Positions 9,711 to 19,433 of a stretch of DNA of 64,000 bases are shown here, in pieces; position 1 is the first letter of the stretch, and the number at the start of each line of letters is the position of its first letter. The stretch covers positions 448,001 to 512,000 of the forward strand of contig OZ241907.1 in NCBI GenBank assembly GCA_965203515.1. Reading direction: 5' to 3'. The position numbers were made by a program, and so were the translations under genes. The DNA is from Spirochaetia bacterium (GTDB taxonomy: Bacteria; Spirochaetota; Spirochaetia; SZUA-6; Bin103). Under the pieces are notes generated by a model, which saw only the letters and a list, made by a program, of their open reading frames with translations, was not told the origin of the DNA and made no database searches.

Positions 9711-10703
9711 TCATCCGGCGGTCTCCAGCGCATCCAGCAGACCGCGCAGGTACCCGATCGCGAACAGGCGGCCCTTCATCATGTAGCCGGGGTGGTCGTT
9801 GGGCTCGCCGGCCATGGTCGGCACGTGATCGGGACGGAGCGGGCCGTCGAAGCCGACCTCCCGGTAGGCGCGCAGGGCCGCGACCATGTCGGTCGGGCCG
9901 TCGTCCTGGAAGGTCTCCACGAAGCGCGATGCGGTGCCCCGCACGTCCCGGAAGTGCACGAAGAATATCTTTCGCTCCGCACCGAAGCGGCGGATCGCCG
10001 CCGGCAGGTCGGCTCCCATGGCGGTGAAGTTGCCCTGGCAGAAGGTGACGCCGTTGCATCGGCTCGGCACCAGCCGGATGGCGCGCTCCATGTTCTCGAC
10101 GCTGCGCATGATCCGCCCCACGCCGCGGATCGGAGACAACGGCGGGTCGTCGGGATGCAGCGCCAGCTTCACGCCGTTCGCCTCCGCCACCGGCACGACC
10201 CGCGAACTGAAGTAGGCGAAGTTCTCCCAGAGCTGCTCCTCGCCGATCAGCAGCCCGTCCGCGCCGGGCGCCATGCCGCCTTCGGTAACCGGCCCGCGCG
10301 CTTCCATCACCGCATGGTCGTAGGCTGAGGAGAGCGCCCCGCCGCGCACCGGCACCGCGGTGTCGGTGCGCAGCCAGCCGAACACCGCCATGAAGTTGTA
10401 GCAGACCGCCTCCACGCCGGCGGCGCCGAGATGCTCGAGCATCCGGCAGAAGCGATCGATCTCTCGGTCCCGCCCCGGCAGTCCCAGCTTCGCGTTCTCC
10501 ATCGGCGTGGGTCCCTCGATCACCGACAGACGCAATCCGGCGCCGGCGGCCCGGTCGCACAGCCGGGTCAGCGCCTCACGATCCGACGCCGGCGACCCGT
10601 CGGCGCCCAACGGCGCTCCGCACACCAAGTCGGTGACCCCGATCTGGCGGGCCAGTGTCCAGCGTTCGTCCGGTTCGTCCGGCAGGTGCAGCGCCAATCT
10701 CAT
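9711..10703 (-). CDS. uxuA: Mannonate dehydratase
   Basis: VCYNFM, GVKLALHPDDPP, NGVTFCQG, IFFVHFRDV and RPDHVP. Confidence 0.92.
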   Translation of the reverse strand: MRLALHLPDEPDERWTLARQIGVTDLVCGAPLGADGSPASDREALTRLCDRAAGAGLRLSVIEGPTPMENAKLGLPGRDREIDRFCRMLEHLGAAGVEAVCYNFMAVFGWLRTDTAVPVRGGALSSAYDHAVMEARGPVTEGGMAPGADGLLIGEEQLWENFAYFSSRVVPVAEANGVKLALHPDDPPLSPIRGVGRIMRSVENMERAIRLVPSRCNGVTFCQGNFTAMGADLPAAIRRFGAERKIFFVHFRDVRGTASRFVETFQDDGPTDMVAALRAYREVGFDGPLRPDHVPTMAGEPNDHPGYMMKGRLFAIGYLRGLLDALETAG

Positions 10704-10730
10704 CTTGCTATCCCTTGATGGAGACGATCA

Positions 10731-11495
10731 TCAGATGTCCTGCGCCCGACGCGCCTTCCATGCCTCGTACTCGGCGCGCGCCGCTTCGTCGAGCGGGTAG
10801 TAGCGGCGCAGGTCGCCGCCTTCGCCGAGCCGCTCGCGGCTGAAGTCCTCCCACTCGGCGTGTTCGGCGGCGCGCTCGGCAAGCTGCTCGGCCATCCCGA
10901 TCGGAACCACTACCGCGCCGTCGTCGTCCGCGACGATCAGGTCGCCCGGCATCACCAGGGCATTGCCGCAGGCGACCGGCACGTTCACGGCGAACGGGAC
11001 GATGTTGGTCTGCGTGTGGAAGTTGGGCGTCGTGCCGCGCAGCCACAGGCCCAGGCCGAGCGTGCGGGCGATGGGGAAATCGCGGATGCAGCCGTCGATC
11101 ACCGCGCCGATGCCGCCCCGCCCCTTGAAGTAGGTGAGCATCATCTCCCCGAACACGCCGCTCCGCAGGTCGCCGCGGGCGTCCACCACGATCACGTCGC
11201 CCGGTTGCGCGTGATACAGGCAGTGGCGGTGAAGCTGCTGCTCGGGGTCGTCATAGGCGCCGCGGGCGTACTGGTCCTCGCGTTTGGGCATGAACTGCAG
11301 CGTCAGCGCAGGGCCCGCGATGCGGGCGCCCGGCGTGCGCGGCGCCGGTCCCAGGAGGTAGGGATCACGTATCCCCAGCTCATGCAGGTCGCCGGCGGCG
11401 GTGGCGCTCGACACGCCGGCAAAGCGCTCGATGAGCGCCCGCGGCGGACGTTCGATGTCGGGCGTACGGCCGGGGACGCGCGGGTCGGGCAGCAT
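10731..11495 (-). CDS. RraA-like / HMG-CHA aldolase family protein
   Basis: GPALTLQF, GDVIVVDARG, GEMM, VIDGCIRD and PGDLIVADDDG. Confidence 0.88.
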   Translation of the reverse strand: MLPDPRVPGRTPDIERPPRALIERFAGVSSATAAGDLHELGIRDPYLLGPAPRTPGARIAGPALTLQFMPKREDQYARGAYDDPEQQLHRHCLYHAQPGDVIVVDARGDLRSGVFGEMMLTYFKGRGGIGAVIDGCIRDFPIARTLGLGLWLRGTTPNFHTQTNIVPFAVNVPVACGNALVMPGDLIVADDDGAVVVPIGMAEQLAERAAEHAEWEDFSRERLGEGGDLRRYYPLDEAARAEYEAWKARRAQDI

Positions 11496-11502
11496 CGAGC
11501 TT

Positions 11503-12360
11503 TCAGCGATAGCCGGGTTCGAGGGGGCCGGCGGTCTCCTCGAACAGCGATGGGAAGTGGCGGTGTGGGTCGGCGGGCTCCCGGAACAGGATCCGCTGTT
11601 GCTCGGTCAGCGCGGCGGACTCCGGCGGCGCCACGCGTTCGGCCGTCCAGGCGACGTGCGACACGCAGTATTTGTACAGCAGCGAGCGGCGTTCGTGGGA
11701 GCCCCGCCACGCGGCCGTGCCGTGCGTCAGCGCTTCGCTGAACAGGATCGCCGAGCCGGCCGGCGCCTCGGGCACGACCACGAACGGCGAGCGCTCCGGG
11801 CGCTCGGCGATCTGTCGCGGCAACCGGTAGTGGCTCTTGTGACTGCCGGGGATGCAGCAGAACCCTCCGTACTCGGGTCCGGTGTCGGCCAGGTTGAAGG
11901 CGACGACCACGAAGCCCTCCAGTATCCGGTTGTCGCGAAACGGGAACCAGGCGCCCGGCGCGGCTCCGCCGACGGGAGCGGACGCGCCGTAGTCGGAATG
12001 CAGCACGCCGGACGGCATCCCCTGCCGCATGCGGATGCCGTAGATGCGGTCCAGGCGAAAGCAGTCGCCGAGCCGGAAGCGCAGGATCGGCATGATGCGG
12101 GGATGGGTGAGCAGGGCGCAGAACGGCTCGCCCCAGTCCAGAAACCCGGAGCCGGGAGGCGCTGCCCCGAACCGGATGAACCTCCCGCCCAGGTCCTCTT
12201 CCTCCTCCGGCCTGCGCCGGTCGAGCGCCCGGTCGAGCGCCGTCACCTCTTCCGTGCTCAGCACGTCGTGGATGACCAGGTAGCCGTTGAGGTCGAACAG
12301 ATACTCCAGGAGCTGCCGCTCTTCCATCGACGGCGGCCGGCCGCGGGCGGGATGCGTCAT
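11503..12360 (-). CDS. Phytanoyl-CoA dioxygenase (PhyH) family Fe(II)/2OG oxygenase
   Basis: YLFDLNGYLVI, LHSD, GGFCCIPGSHK and EALTHG. ATGA overlap at 12357-12360 sets the start. Confidence 0.88.
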   Translation of the reverse strand: MTHPARGRPPSMEERQLLEYLFDLNGYLVIHDVLSTEEVTALDRALDRRRPEEEEDLGGRFIRFGAAPPGSGFLDWGEPFCALLTHPRIMPILRFRLGDCFRLDRIYGIRMRQGMPSGVLHSDYGASAPVGGAAPGAWFPFRDNRILEGFVVVAFNLADTGPEYGGFCCIPGSHKSHYRLPRQIAERPERSPFVVVPEAPAGSAILFSEALTHGTAAWRGSHERRSLLYKYCVSHVAWTAERVAPPESAALTEQQRILFREPADPHRHFPSLFEETAGPLEPGYR

Positions 12361-13478
12361 GATCGAGGCCGCGGCTGCCGCCCGGCCGCGGACGGGTCGG
12401 AAGGCCGGCGGTCCGCCGGCCGAAAGCGCGCTGAGCGTACCAGACGGAAGCGCATCAAGCGTAAGCGTACCAGGAACGCGGCGCGCCTTTGCGGTTCCTC
12501 CATGATCAGATACAGGATGATCGCGACCAGGAACACCAGTCCCTGGATCGTGCGCACCCAGGCGCCGGTGAGACCCGACGCCACCAGACCGGCCTCGATC
12601 ATGCCTATGATCAGGCATCCGAACACCGTGCCGATGATCGTTGCCCGGCCGCCGAAGATCGACGTGCCGCCGATCAGTACCGATGCTATCGCCGTGAGCA
12701 GGTACCCCTGACCCTGATTGCCGAAGTAGTTCTTGTTTTCCAAGGTCAGCATGATGGCGGCGGTGCCGGCGAGCAGGCCCATCAACGTGAAGAGCTTGAT
12801 CTTCTCGCGGTCGACGTGGATGCCGACCACTCTGGATACGTCGTTCGAATCCCCGATGAACAGCGTGTGCTCGCCGAAGCGGTGCCGGTTCAGGAGGAAC
12901 CAGAGCGCAACCACGATCACGGCCGTCCAGAGCGCCTGCATCGGCAGTTGCCAGAGCCAGGGCGGACCGTCGACCCCGTCGAGCGGCCGGCCGACGATCG
13001 CCTGCCACACCGTGCTCTCGTCCGCTCCCCGCAACGCATAGGACTTGCCGCCGGAAAGTACCGTCGCCATGCCGAACCACAGGAACTGCGTGCCCAGCGT
13101 CGCGATGAAGGAGGGTAAGCCGATCTTCGCGATGAGCACTCCGTTGATCAGACCGACCAGGACGCCGGCCGCGAGTCCGGCCGCCACGGCGATCCATCCG
13201 AGCCGGTATTCCTTGAACAGCACCGCGAAGACGAAGCCGGAAAAGCCGATGACCGCCGGGAAGGAGAGGTCGATCTCTCCCGCGCCGATGATGAAGGTAA
13301 GGCCGACGGCCAGCAGTATCAGCGGAGGCAACGTCGAGAGAAAGGTAGTATAGATGAAGGGAGCGAAGAACACGTGCGGAGCGGTGTACATGAACAGGCC
13401 CAGGAGCAACAGGAAGACCGCGATGATCGACAGGCCTTCGATGCGCCGTAGTACCGAGATTCCTGCCCGCGCGGCCAT
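12357..13478 (-). CDS. Monosaccharide (CUT2, ribose-type) ABC permease
   Basis: GEIDLS, PSFIATLG and IASVLIGGTSIFGG; hydrophobic helices. Confidence 0.92.
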   Translation of the reverse strand: MAARAGISVLRRIEGLSIIAVFLLLLGLFMYTAPHVFFAPFIYTTFLSTLPPLILLAVGLTFIIGAGEIDLSFPAVIGFSGFVFAVLFKEYRLGWIAVAAGLAAGVLVGLINGVLIAKIGLPSFIATLGTQFLWFGMATVLSGGKSYALRGADESTVWQAIVGRPLDGVDGPPWLWQLPMQALWTAVIVVALWFLLNRHRFGEHTLFIGDSNDVSRVVGIHVDREKIKLFTLMGLLAGTAAIMLTLENKNYFGNQGQGYLLTAIASVLIGGTSIFGGRATIIGTVFGCLIIGMIEAGLVASGLTGAWVRTIQGLVFLVAIILYLIMEEPQRRAAFLVRLRLMRFRLVRSARFRPADRRPSDPSAAGRQPRPRS

Positions 13479-13490
13479 CCTGCCCTCGTT

Positions 13491-14294
13491 TCAGTCGTGC
13501 TGCTGTATGGCGATGAGATAATCGGTGAGTTCCGTCACGGACATGTCTTGCGGGAGGATTTCCGCGACGACGGCGCCGCGATCGAGAATTATCAAACGGT
13601 CAGCCACCTCATGGACGTTGGCCAGGTTGTGCTCGATGTAGACGCAGGCTCGTCCCGCTCTCTTTATTTCGGCCACGAAGTCCAGGACCTTGCGGACCTC
13701 CTTGACGGCCAGCGCCGCCGTCGGTTCGTCGAGCACGATGAGATCGGCGTCGTAGTGCATCGCGCGGCCGATCGCGATTCCCTGGCGCTCGCCGCCGGAA
13801 AGCTCGGCGACGGTCGAGTCCACGGTGATGCCGGCGCCGCGAAAGCCGATCGACTTCAGGAGGATCTCCTCCGCGATCGCCTTCTGACGCTTGATGTCGA
13901 TGAAGCCGAAGCGGTTGGTGATCTGTCGGCCGACGAAGAAATTCCGCCATAGCGGCTGCTTGTCCGCCAGCGACCGGTCCTGGTATACGGTTTCGATCGA
14001 CAGGTCGTGAGCCATCCTTACGGAATAGTCGCCCAGGTCGATCTCCCGGTCGCGAACGAAGAGGCGGCCGGCGCTCGGCGGCATCACGCCGGTCATGACC
14101 TTGATCAGAGTCGACTTGCCGGCGCCGTTGTCACCGATCAACCCGACGATCTCATTGCGGCCGACGCGCAGGCTCACGTCGCGGAGCGCGTGGATCGCGC
14201 CGAAGTACTTCTGCACGCTCTCCATGCGGACGATATCGGTATAGCCGTCCGCCTGCCGGGGACCGGCCGCTGGCCGCGCGAGCTTGTCCGTCAC
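13491..14294 (-). CDS. Sugar ABC transporter ATP-binding protein (single domain)
   Basis: GDNGAGKST, LSGGERQ and LDEPT. Confidence 0.95.
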   Translation of the reverse strand: MTDKLARPAAGPRQADGYTDIVRMESVQKYFGAIHALRDVSLRVGRNEIVGLIGDNGAGKSTLIKVMTGVMPPSAGRLFVRDREIDLGDYSVRMAHDLSIETVYQDRSLADKQPLWRNFFVGRQITNRFGFIDIKRQKAIAEEILLKSIGFRGAGITVDSTVAELSGGERQGIAIGRAMHYDADLIVLDEPTAALAVKEVRKVLDFVAEIKRAGRACVYIEHNLANVHEVADRLIILDRGAVVAEILPQDMSVTELTDYLIAIQQHD

Positions 14295-14352
14295 GGCGCG
14301 CCGGTCCGTCGCGGATCGCGGTTCATGGCATCCCGCTTGCGCTGCATTGAGG

Positions 14353-14395
14353 CCGTTACCGGCGCCGCCGGTTCGTGCGCCGACGCCGGTAACGG
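14353..14395 (-). repeat. Stem-loop just 3' of the binding-protein gene
   Basis: CCGTTACCGGCG (14353-64) pairs perfectly with CGCCGGTAACGG (14384-95). No U-tract. Confidence 0.7.
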
Positions 14396-14420
14396 ACGTA
14401 TGCCGTTGGAGGATGCGCGG

Positions 14421-15410
14421 TCAGCGAATGCCGGCGTCGATCAGATCGACCAGGTCATCGATCGTATCCGGCGTGACCGTGCCGGCGCCGGTGTTGAGGG
14501 ACAGGCCCGGCATCTTGTACTTCGCCGTCAGGACGCACTGCACGACCGGCATGAACCCCTGCAGATAGAGCAGTTGATCGAGGGTTGCGGACACGTAGCC
14601 GGACTTGAGGCCGTCGATGGTCGCCGGCGCCAGATCGATCCCGCCGACGATGATTTCGCCGGGCCGCTTGCCCGCCTTCCGCAGCGTCTCGGCGAGGATG
14701 CCGGTGATGCCGCCGTGCTGGGTGCCGATCGCCTTGAGGTCCGGGTTCGCCGCGATGTACGCGGCCAGCACCGGCACGGCGAGCGAAGCGTCGCTGTTGG
14801 CTTCCTGAGTGATTTCGAGCCGGTCGACGACGAGGCCGGCCGCCTCCAGCGTATCGGCCAAGCCCTTCTCCGAGAGGCCGCGCTCGGCTTGGCTGAAGAC
14901 GCCGTAGACCATCGCCTGGTCGCCTGCCCGGAGGCCCTGAGCCAGCATGTGTTGGGCGGTGAGCTTGCCTCCTTCGTACAGATCGACGCCGGCGTATCCC
15001 ATTCCGCTCGAACCGAACTCAGCCTGCAGATCGGTCATCGGCGAGTTGCCTACGGTCACCACGATGCCCTGCTGGACCGCCTGCGCCACGATGTCGTAGA
15101 ACGCCGTGCTGCCGGGATGGCCCATGATGGCGACGCAGTCAGGCCGGGCCGCGACCGCCTCCTTGAAGTGGTTGATCATGGTCTCCGGCGCCCATGCCGA
15201 AAACTGTTCCCTCAGGTCCACGCCTAGTGCGCTCGCCGCCTCGGCCGCCCCGGTCTGGCGGGCGAGGGTGGCGCCGTCTCCGGGATTGCCCCCCATCTGC
15301 ATGTACATCACCAAGCCTGCGCCGGGAGCGTCCTGGGCCGCGGTCCCGACGGCCAAGCCGATCAGGACGGCGCATGCAACGAGTGCGGTCTTTCGAATCG
15401 ATAGCAGCAT
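14421..15410 (-). CDS. Sugar ABC substrate-binding protein (RbsB-like fold)
   Basis: Signal peptide, GGIDL and TLDQLLYLQG; first gene of the ABC cluster. Confidence 0.9.
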   Translation of the reverse strand: MLLSIRKTALVACAVLIGLAVGTAAQDAPGAGLVMYMQMGGNPGDGATLARQTGAAEAASALGVDLREQFSAWAPETMINHFKEAVAARPDCVAIMGHPGSTAFYDIVAQAVQQGIVVTVGNSPMTDLQAEFGSSGMGYAGVDLYEGGKLTAQHMLAQGLRAGDQAMVYGVFSQAERGLSEKGLADTLEAAGLVVDRLEITQEANSDASLAVPVLAAYIAANPDLKAIGTQHGGITGILAETLRKAGKRPGEIIVGGIDLAPATIDGLKSGYVSATLDQLLYLQGFMPVVQCVLTAKYKMPGLSLNTGAGTVTPDTIDDLVDLIDAGIR

Positions 15411-15467
15411 CGTTTCTCTCCTCCCGCTCAGTGTATCGCGGGTGATGACGAATCGTCGAGGTCGAGA

Positions 15468-16262
15468 TCAGGTGCCCGGCACCGGGATCGTGCTCATCAT
15501 GCCGCCGTCGACGTCGAGCGCCGATCCGGTCAGGAACGCCGCCTGGTCGCTGAGGAAGAACAGGATGGCGGCGACCACGTCGCTCTCGGCGGCGTTGCGG
15601 CCGAGCGGGATGGCGGCCGCGGTGGCGGCGCGGATCTCCTCCGGCGCGGCGCCGGTCGTCTCCATCTTCCAGCGCAGCACCTGACGCCCCATGCCGGTGG
15701 TCGGCACGCCCACCGGGCAGACGCAGTTCACGGTGACCCGCGCGGGCGCCAGCTCGCCGGCCAGCGCTCGGGTCAGCCCGATCACGCCGTGCTTGGCGGC
15801 GCAGTAGTGAGGGATCATCGGGAAGCCGACCCGCGACGCGTCGGAGCCGATGTTGACGATCCGACCCCGGCCGCTCTCGGCCAGGTGCGGGGCGGCCGCC
15901 TGCGAGCACAGGAACGTCCCCTTCAGGTCGACGTCGATCGTCCGGTCCCAGTCCTCCTCGCCGATCTCCGCCAGCGTCGCCAGGTGGACGCCCGCGCAGT
16001 TGACCAGACAGTCCAGGCCGCCGTGGGCGGCCGCGCTCGCCTGCACGGCCTGCCGAACCGAGGCCGGTCGCGTGACGTCGAGCTCCACGGCGTGCAGCCC
16101 CGCGTCCGGGAGCGTGCGGCGCGCCGCGTCGAGCTGTCGGCGGTCGATGTCGGCGATCGTCACCCGGTCGCCGCGCTGCTGCAGCGCCGCCGCGGTCGCC
16201 AGCCCGAAGCCGTTGGCGCCGCCGGTGATCAGCGCCCGGCGCGGCGTCCGGCCGGCGGTCAC
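15468..16262 (-). CDS. Short-chain dehydrogenase/reductase
   Basis: TGGANGFG, LVNCAG, YCAAK and DVDGG. GTGA overlap start. Confidence 0.92.
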   Translation of the reverse strand: MTAGRTPRRALITGGANGFGLATAAALQQRGDRVTIADIDRRQLDAARRTLPDAGLHAVELDVTRPASVRQAVQASAAAHGGLDCLVNCAGVHLATLAEIGEEDWDRTIDVDLKGTFLCSQAAAPHLAESGRGRIVNIGSDASRVGFPMIPHYCAAKHGVIGLTRALAGELAPARVTVNCVCPVGVPTTGMGRQVLRWKMETTGAAPEEIRAATAAAIPLGRNAAESDVVAAILFFLSDQAAFLTGSALDVDGGMMSTIPVPGT

Positions 16263-17746
16263 AGGCCCAGGTCGGTCAGCAGCTCGCCAAACCCGGCCAC
16301 CAGGGTGTCGACCGCATCCTCGGCCGGCGGCGCCGGCAGGTCGTACGTCCGCACCGCCGAGGATACCGACATGCCCCCCTGGCGCACCGTCTGCGCGGTG
16401 GGAACGTAGCCGAGCACGCCGTTGACGTAGCCGGCGAACATCGTGTGCGCCGCCTTGGAACGCCGTTTGGCGCCCAGACCGATCTCCACGAACGGCTCGC
16501 CCTGCATGCCGAGCAGCACGAAGTCGTCGAGTCGGTGGCCGATCAGGTCGTAGTCTACCGTGCATCGCGTGTCGCCCGAGCGCACCCGATCCAGGACGGT
16601 GCGCGTCCAGTACACCTCGATCTCCTGCGGAGCGGTCAGCTCGGTCGACGCGCCCTGCTCACGCAGCCGTCGCAACGTCTCCTCGGCGGCGGCCGCCTGC
16701 CGCTCCGCTGCGGCGAGCGACGGCAGCGGCTGCAGCGCGACGGTCCCGGTGCGCTCGGCGCTGCGCAGCACCCGATGGGTTGGCCCGTCCTCGAATTCCT
16801 TGCGATACAGGGCTACCGCGGAGATCGACCGGCCTTCCTCGCGCACCTCGCGGTGCGGTCTGGTCTCGATTCCGTAGAACGCCTGCAGCGCCGCGCCGGC
16901 CACTTGACCGCCGGTGCGCTCCTTCTCTCTCCAGTCGCCCTGCAGGAACGACCAGCACGCCTGGTTGCCGGCGGCGCCGGTCAGGTAGAGGCAGGTGGCG
17001 CCGGTCGCTCCTTCGACGATGCGCCGCACCACGCCCGGAAAGTCGGGGCTGAGGTCGTAGATCTGGTAGCCCATCACGACCGGGTGGGCGGCATAGCCGA
17101 CGATCGCGGCGATCGGGTTGCCGGCCGGATCATCGACGCGCAGCACGTCCACGTCGTGGTCAGTGGCGCCGTCCGGGTTGCGGCCGACCAGGACCCGGCC
17201 GTCGGCGGCAACTTCCTCGCGGTTGACGGCGACCGCCGCGTGGCCGCGGCCGGCGCCCGCCCGCGCCGGCCGCCGGGCGCCGTCGGCCATGGCGCTGACG
17301 TCGGCGAGCTGCTGCGTCAGCACCTCGACGTAGTGATCGAGCGCCTCGATCTCGCCGGCGCGCGGCGCCACGTGGTGCGGGCCGCCCAGGACGCCGCGCG
17401 CCGTGCAGGGACCGTTGTGGGTATGGGTGCAGCCCAACGTGACGTGCGTGGTGGTCGTGCCGACGCGGTCGGCGATCTGCCGGCGGATCGTCTGCGCCAA
17501 CGGGAGGTCGAACCCGATCAGGTCGCAGTCCAGGATGATGATCTTGTGCCGATCGTCGGCCAGCGCCAGGGCGGTGGCGGTCAGGGGCTGCTCCACTTCC
17601 ACCGCGCCTTCGATGCGGCGCATCGCCCCCTGCATGCGGAAGCCGAGCGGCGGGGTGATGTCGATCCGGGCGGTGCCGGCCGTCAGGGTGCCGGTTGTCA
17701 GGGCGCCGGCCGGCTGGGTTTTGGCGGTCAGCGTGTCTTCGGCCAC
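16259..17746 (-). CDS. Neutral/alkaline ceramidase N-terminal-domain family amidohydrolase
   Basis: AGTARIDITPP, CTHTHNGP, YAAHP, SPDFPG and GEPF. GGAGGAG lies before GTG at 17746. Confidence 0.85.
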   Translation of the reverse strand: MAEDTLTAKTQPAGALTTGTLTAGTARIDITPPLGFRMQGAMRRIEGAVEVEQPLTATALALADDRHKIIILDCDLIGFDLPLAQTIRRQIADRVGTTTTHVTLGCTHTHNGPCTARGVLGGPHHVAPRAGEIEALDHYVEVLTQQLADVSAMADGARRPARAGAGRGHAAVAVNREEVAADGRVLVGRNPDGATDHDVDVLRVDDPAGNPIAAIVGYAAHPVVMGYQIYDLSPDFPGVVRRIVEGATGATCLYLTGAAGNQACWSFLQGDWREKERTGGQVAGAALQAFYGIETRPHREVREEGRSISAVALYRKEFEDGPTHRVLRSAERTGTVALQPLPSLAAAERQAAAAEETLRRLREQGASTELTAPQEIEVYWTRTVLDRVRSGDTRCTVDYDLIGHRLDDFVLLGMQGEPFVEIGLGAKRRSKAAHTMFAGYVNGVLGYVPTAQTVRQGGMSVSSAVRTYDLPAPPAEDAVDTLVAGFGELLTDLGL

Positions 17747-17843
17747 GGGTTTGCTCCTCCGGGTGCCGCACCCTGTGGTCCGACCGCGAGCCGGCACCGC
17801 GGCTTGGCATGCTACCATGCCGCCGCGGGATGGCGTCGCGACG

Positions 17844-18860
17844 ATGAGGGTGGTGTTGTGCGGCGTCGGCGGCGTGGGGCGCAACGTGGCCCGCCTGCTG
17901 CGCGCGCGCCCCGGTTACCGGATCGCCGCGGCCTGTTCGCGGAACCCCGCCCTGGTTGGCCGGGACGTCGGCGAGCTGGCCGGCGGCGCGCCGCTGGGGG
18001 TAGCGGTGAGCGGCGACCTCGATACGGCGTTGCGCGAGCCGGCCGACCTGCTGCTGGTCGCCACCACCTCGTTCCTGTCCCAGGTGGCCGCCGACGTGCG
18101 CGCCGGGATCGAACGCGGCCTGCACGTCATCACGACCGCCGAGGAGGCGGCGTTCCCCTGGATCATCGACGCCGGCCTGGCCCGGCAGCTCGACGAGCGG
18201 GCGCGCGAGCGCGGCGTGTCGGTGATCGGCGTGGGGCTGAACCCGGGGTTCATCTTCGACGCGCTGCTGCTGACCGCCAGCGGCATCGCCTGGGACGTGC
18301 GGGCGATACGCGTCAGCCGCGTGGTCGACGTGTCGCGCTTCAGCGCGGCGATCCAGCGCCGGTTGGGGATCGGCTTCACCGCCGAGCGCTTCGCGGCCGG
18401 GGTCGAAGCCGGCGCGATCACCGGGCACATCGGCTTTCCGCAGTCGTTTCACCTGGCGGCGAGGTGCATGGGCGTCCGCATCGACCGCATCGAAAGCGGA
18501 TTCGAGCCGCTCATCGCCGGACGGCCGCACGACGGCGAGAATCTGCGCGTGGAGCCGGGCACCACCGCCGGCTTCGTGCAGCGCTACCGGGCGATCAGCG
18601 CCGGCCGGCCGTGGATGTCAGCCGAGTTCGTCGCCCATGTGGATCCTGCTGCGGCCGGCTACGAGACTGCCGACTCGATACACGTCGACGGCTACAACGC
18701 GGTCAACCTTTCGATCGATCCGGGCTGCCAGCCGCAGCTCGGCACCGCCGCCATGATCGCCAACGTGATGCCGCGGCTGGCGGAGGCGCGGCCGGGCTAC
18801 CTGACCGTGGCCGACTTGGCGCTCCCGCACGCACGCCCGACGGCCGACTCCTTCACCTGA
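17844..18860 (+). CDS. 2,4-diaminopentanoate dehydrogenase-like / native amine dehydrogenase family protein
   Basis: GVGGVG Rossmann loop, VITTAEE, GLNPGFIFD and GHIGFPQS. Confidence 0.8.
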   Translation: MRVVLCGVGGVGRNVARLLRARPGYRIAAACSRNPALVGRDVGELAGGAPLGVAVSGDLDTALREPADLLLVATTSFLSQVAADVRAGIERGLHVITTAEEAAFPWIIDAGLARQLDERARERGVSVIGVGLNPGFIFDALLLTASGIAWDVRAIRVSRVVDVSRFSAAIQRRLGIGFTAERFAAGVEAGAITGHIGFPQSFHLAARCMGVRIDRIESGFEPLIAGRPHDGENLRVEPGTTAGFVQRYRAISAGRPWMSAEFVAHVDPAAAGYETADSIHVDGYNAVNLSIDPGCQPQLGTAAMIANVMPRLAEARPGYLTVADLALPHARPTADSFT

Positions 18861-18917
18861 GCCGCCGATGAAGCCGGCGATCGTCTACTGCCGGCAACCA
18901 GACGTCGTGTGCCGTCC

Positions 18918-19433
18918 TCACGGTGCAATACGGCGGGCTGAACAACCGGGGAGGGCCTTGGAGAAGTCCGCGACCGACACGACGATGCAGACGGCGACGT
19001 AAGGGCGCTGCCACGCTGTCTCGGCCTCTTGGGCAAGACGACGGCGCAGCCGGTCGGTCAAGGTCTTCAGCAGAGCCGGCTGGATCGACAGGTTCTCCGT
19101 CCCGATCACGACCACGTAGCGCATGCGCTTCGTATCGCGAGCCATCAGGTGAAGGAATCCGTAGGATGTGCGTGCCTTTGGTACAAGTTCCTGGTTCGTC
19201 AGAGTCTTCGCCTTCATCTTCCCAACAAACTGCTTGCGATCCTTTTCTGATGCCCCGGACGCCGATGGATCTTTGACCTCCACCAACACCAGCTCATCCT
19301 CTCCTTCTATAACGAAGTCGACAGGAAGCACTCCTCTCGGCGGGAATCCTTCTGTCCCACGCCGGTCGAATTGCTGAGCATGCCAGTCATCACCAAACGT
19401 GAACTGAATCTCTCCTTCGTCGAATGACGTCAT
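18918..19433 (-). CDS. PD-(D/E)xK-type nuclease-like protein
   Basis: VDFVIEGEDELVLVEVKD. ATGA overlap with the ATPase stop. Confidence 0.7.
   Translation of the reverse strand: MTSFDEGEIQFTFGDDWHAQQFDRRGTEGFPPRGVLPVDFVIEGEDELVLVEVKDPSASGASEKDRKQFVGKMKAKTLTNQELVPKARTSYGFLHLMARDTKRMRYVVVIGTENLSIQPALLKTLTDRLRRRLAQEAETAWQRPYVAVCIVVSVADFSKALPGCSARRIAP

Noticed and set aside
11503..13197. Long track ORFs suggesting fusions (also 15468-16565, 21178-23172, 40181-42142, 56348-58951, 60246-62630)
   Set aside because: The N-terminal extensions overlap the upstream gene in another frame. True starts are marked by stop/start overlaps or short spacers.
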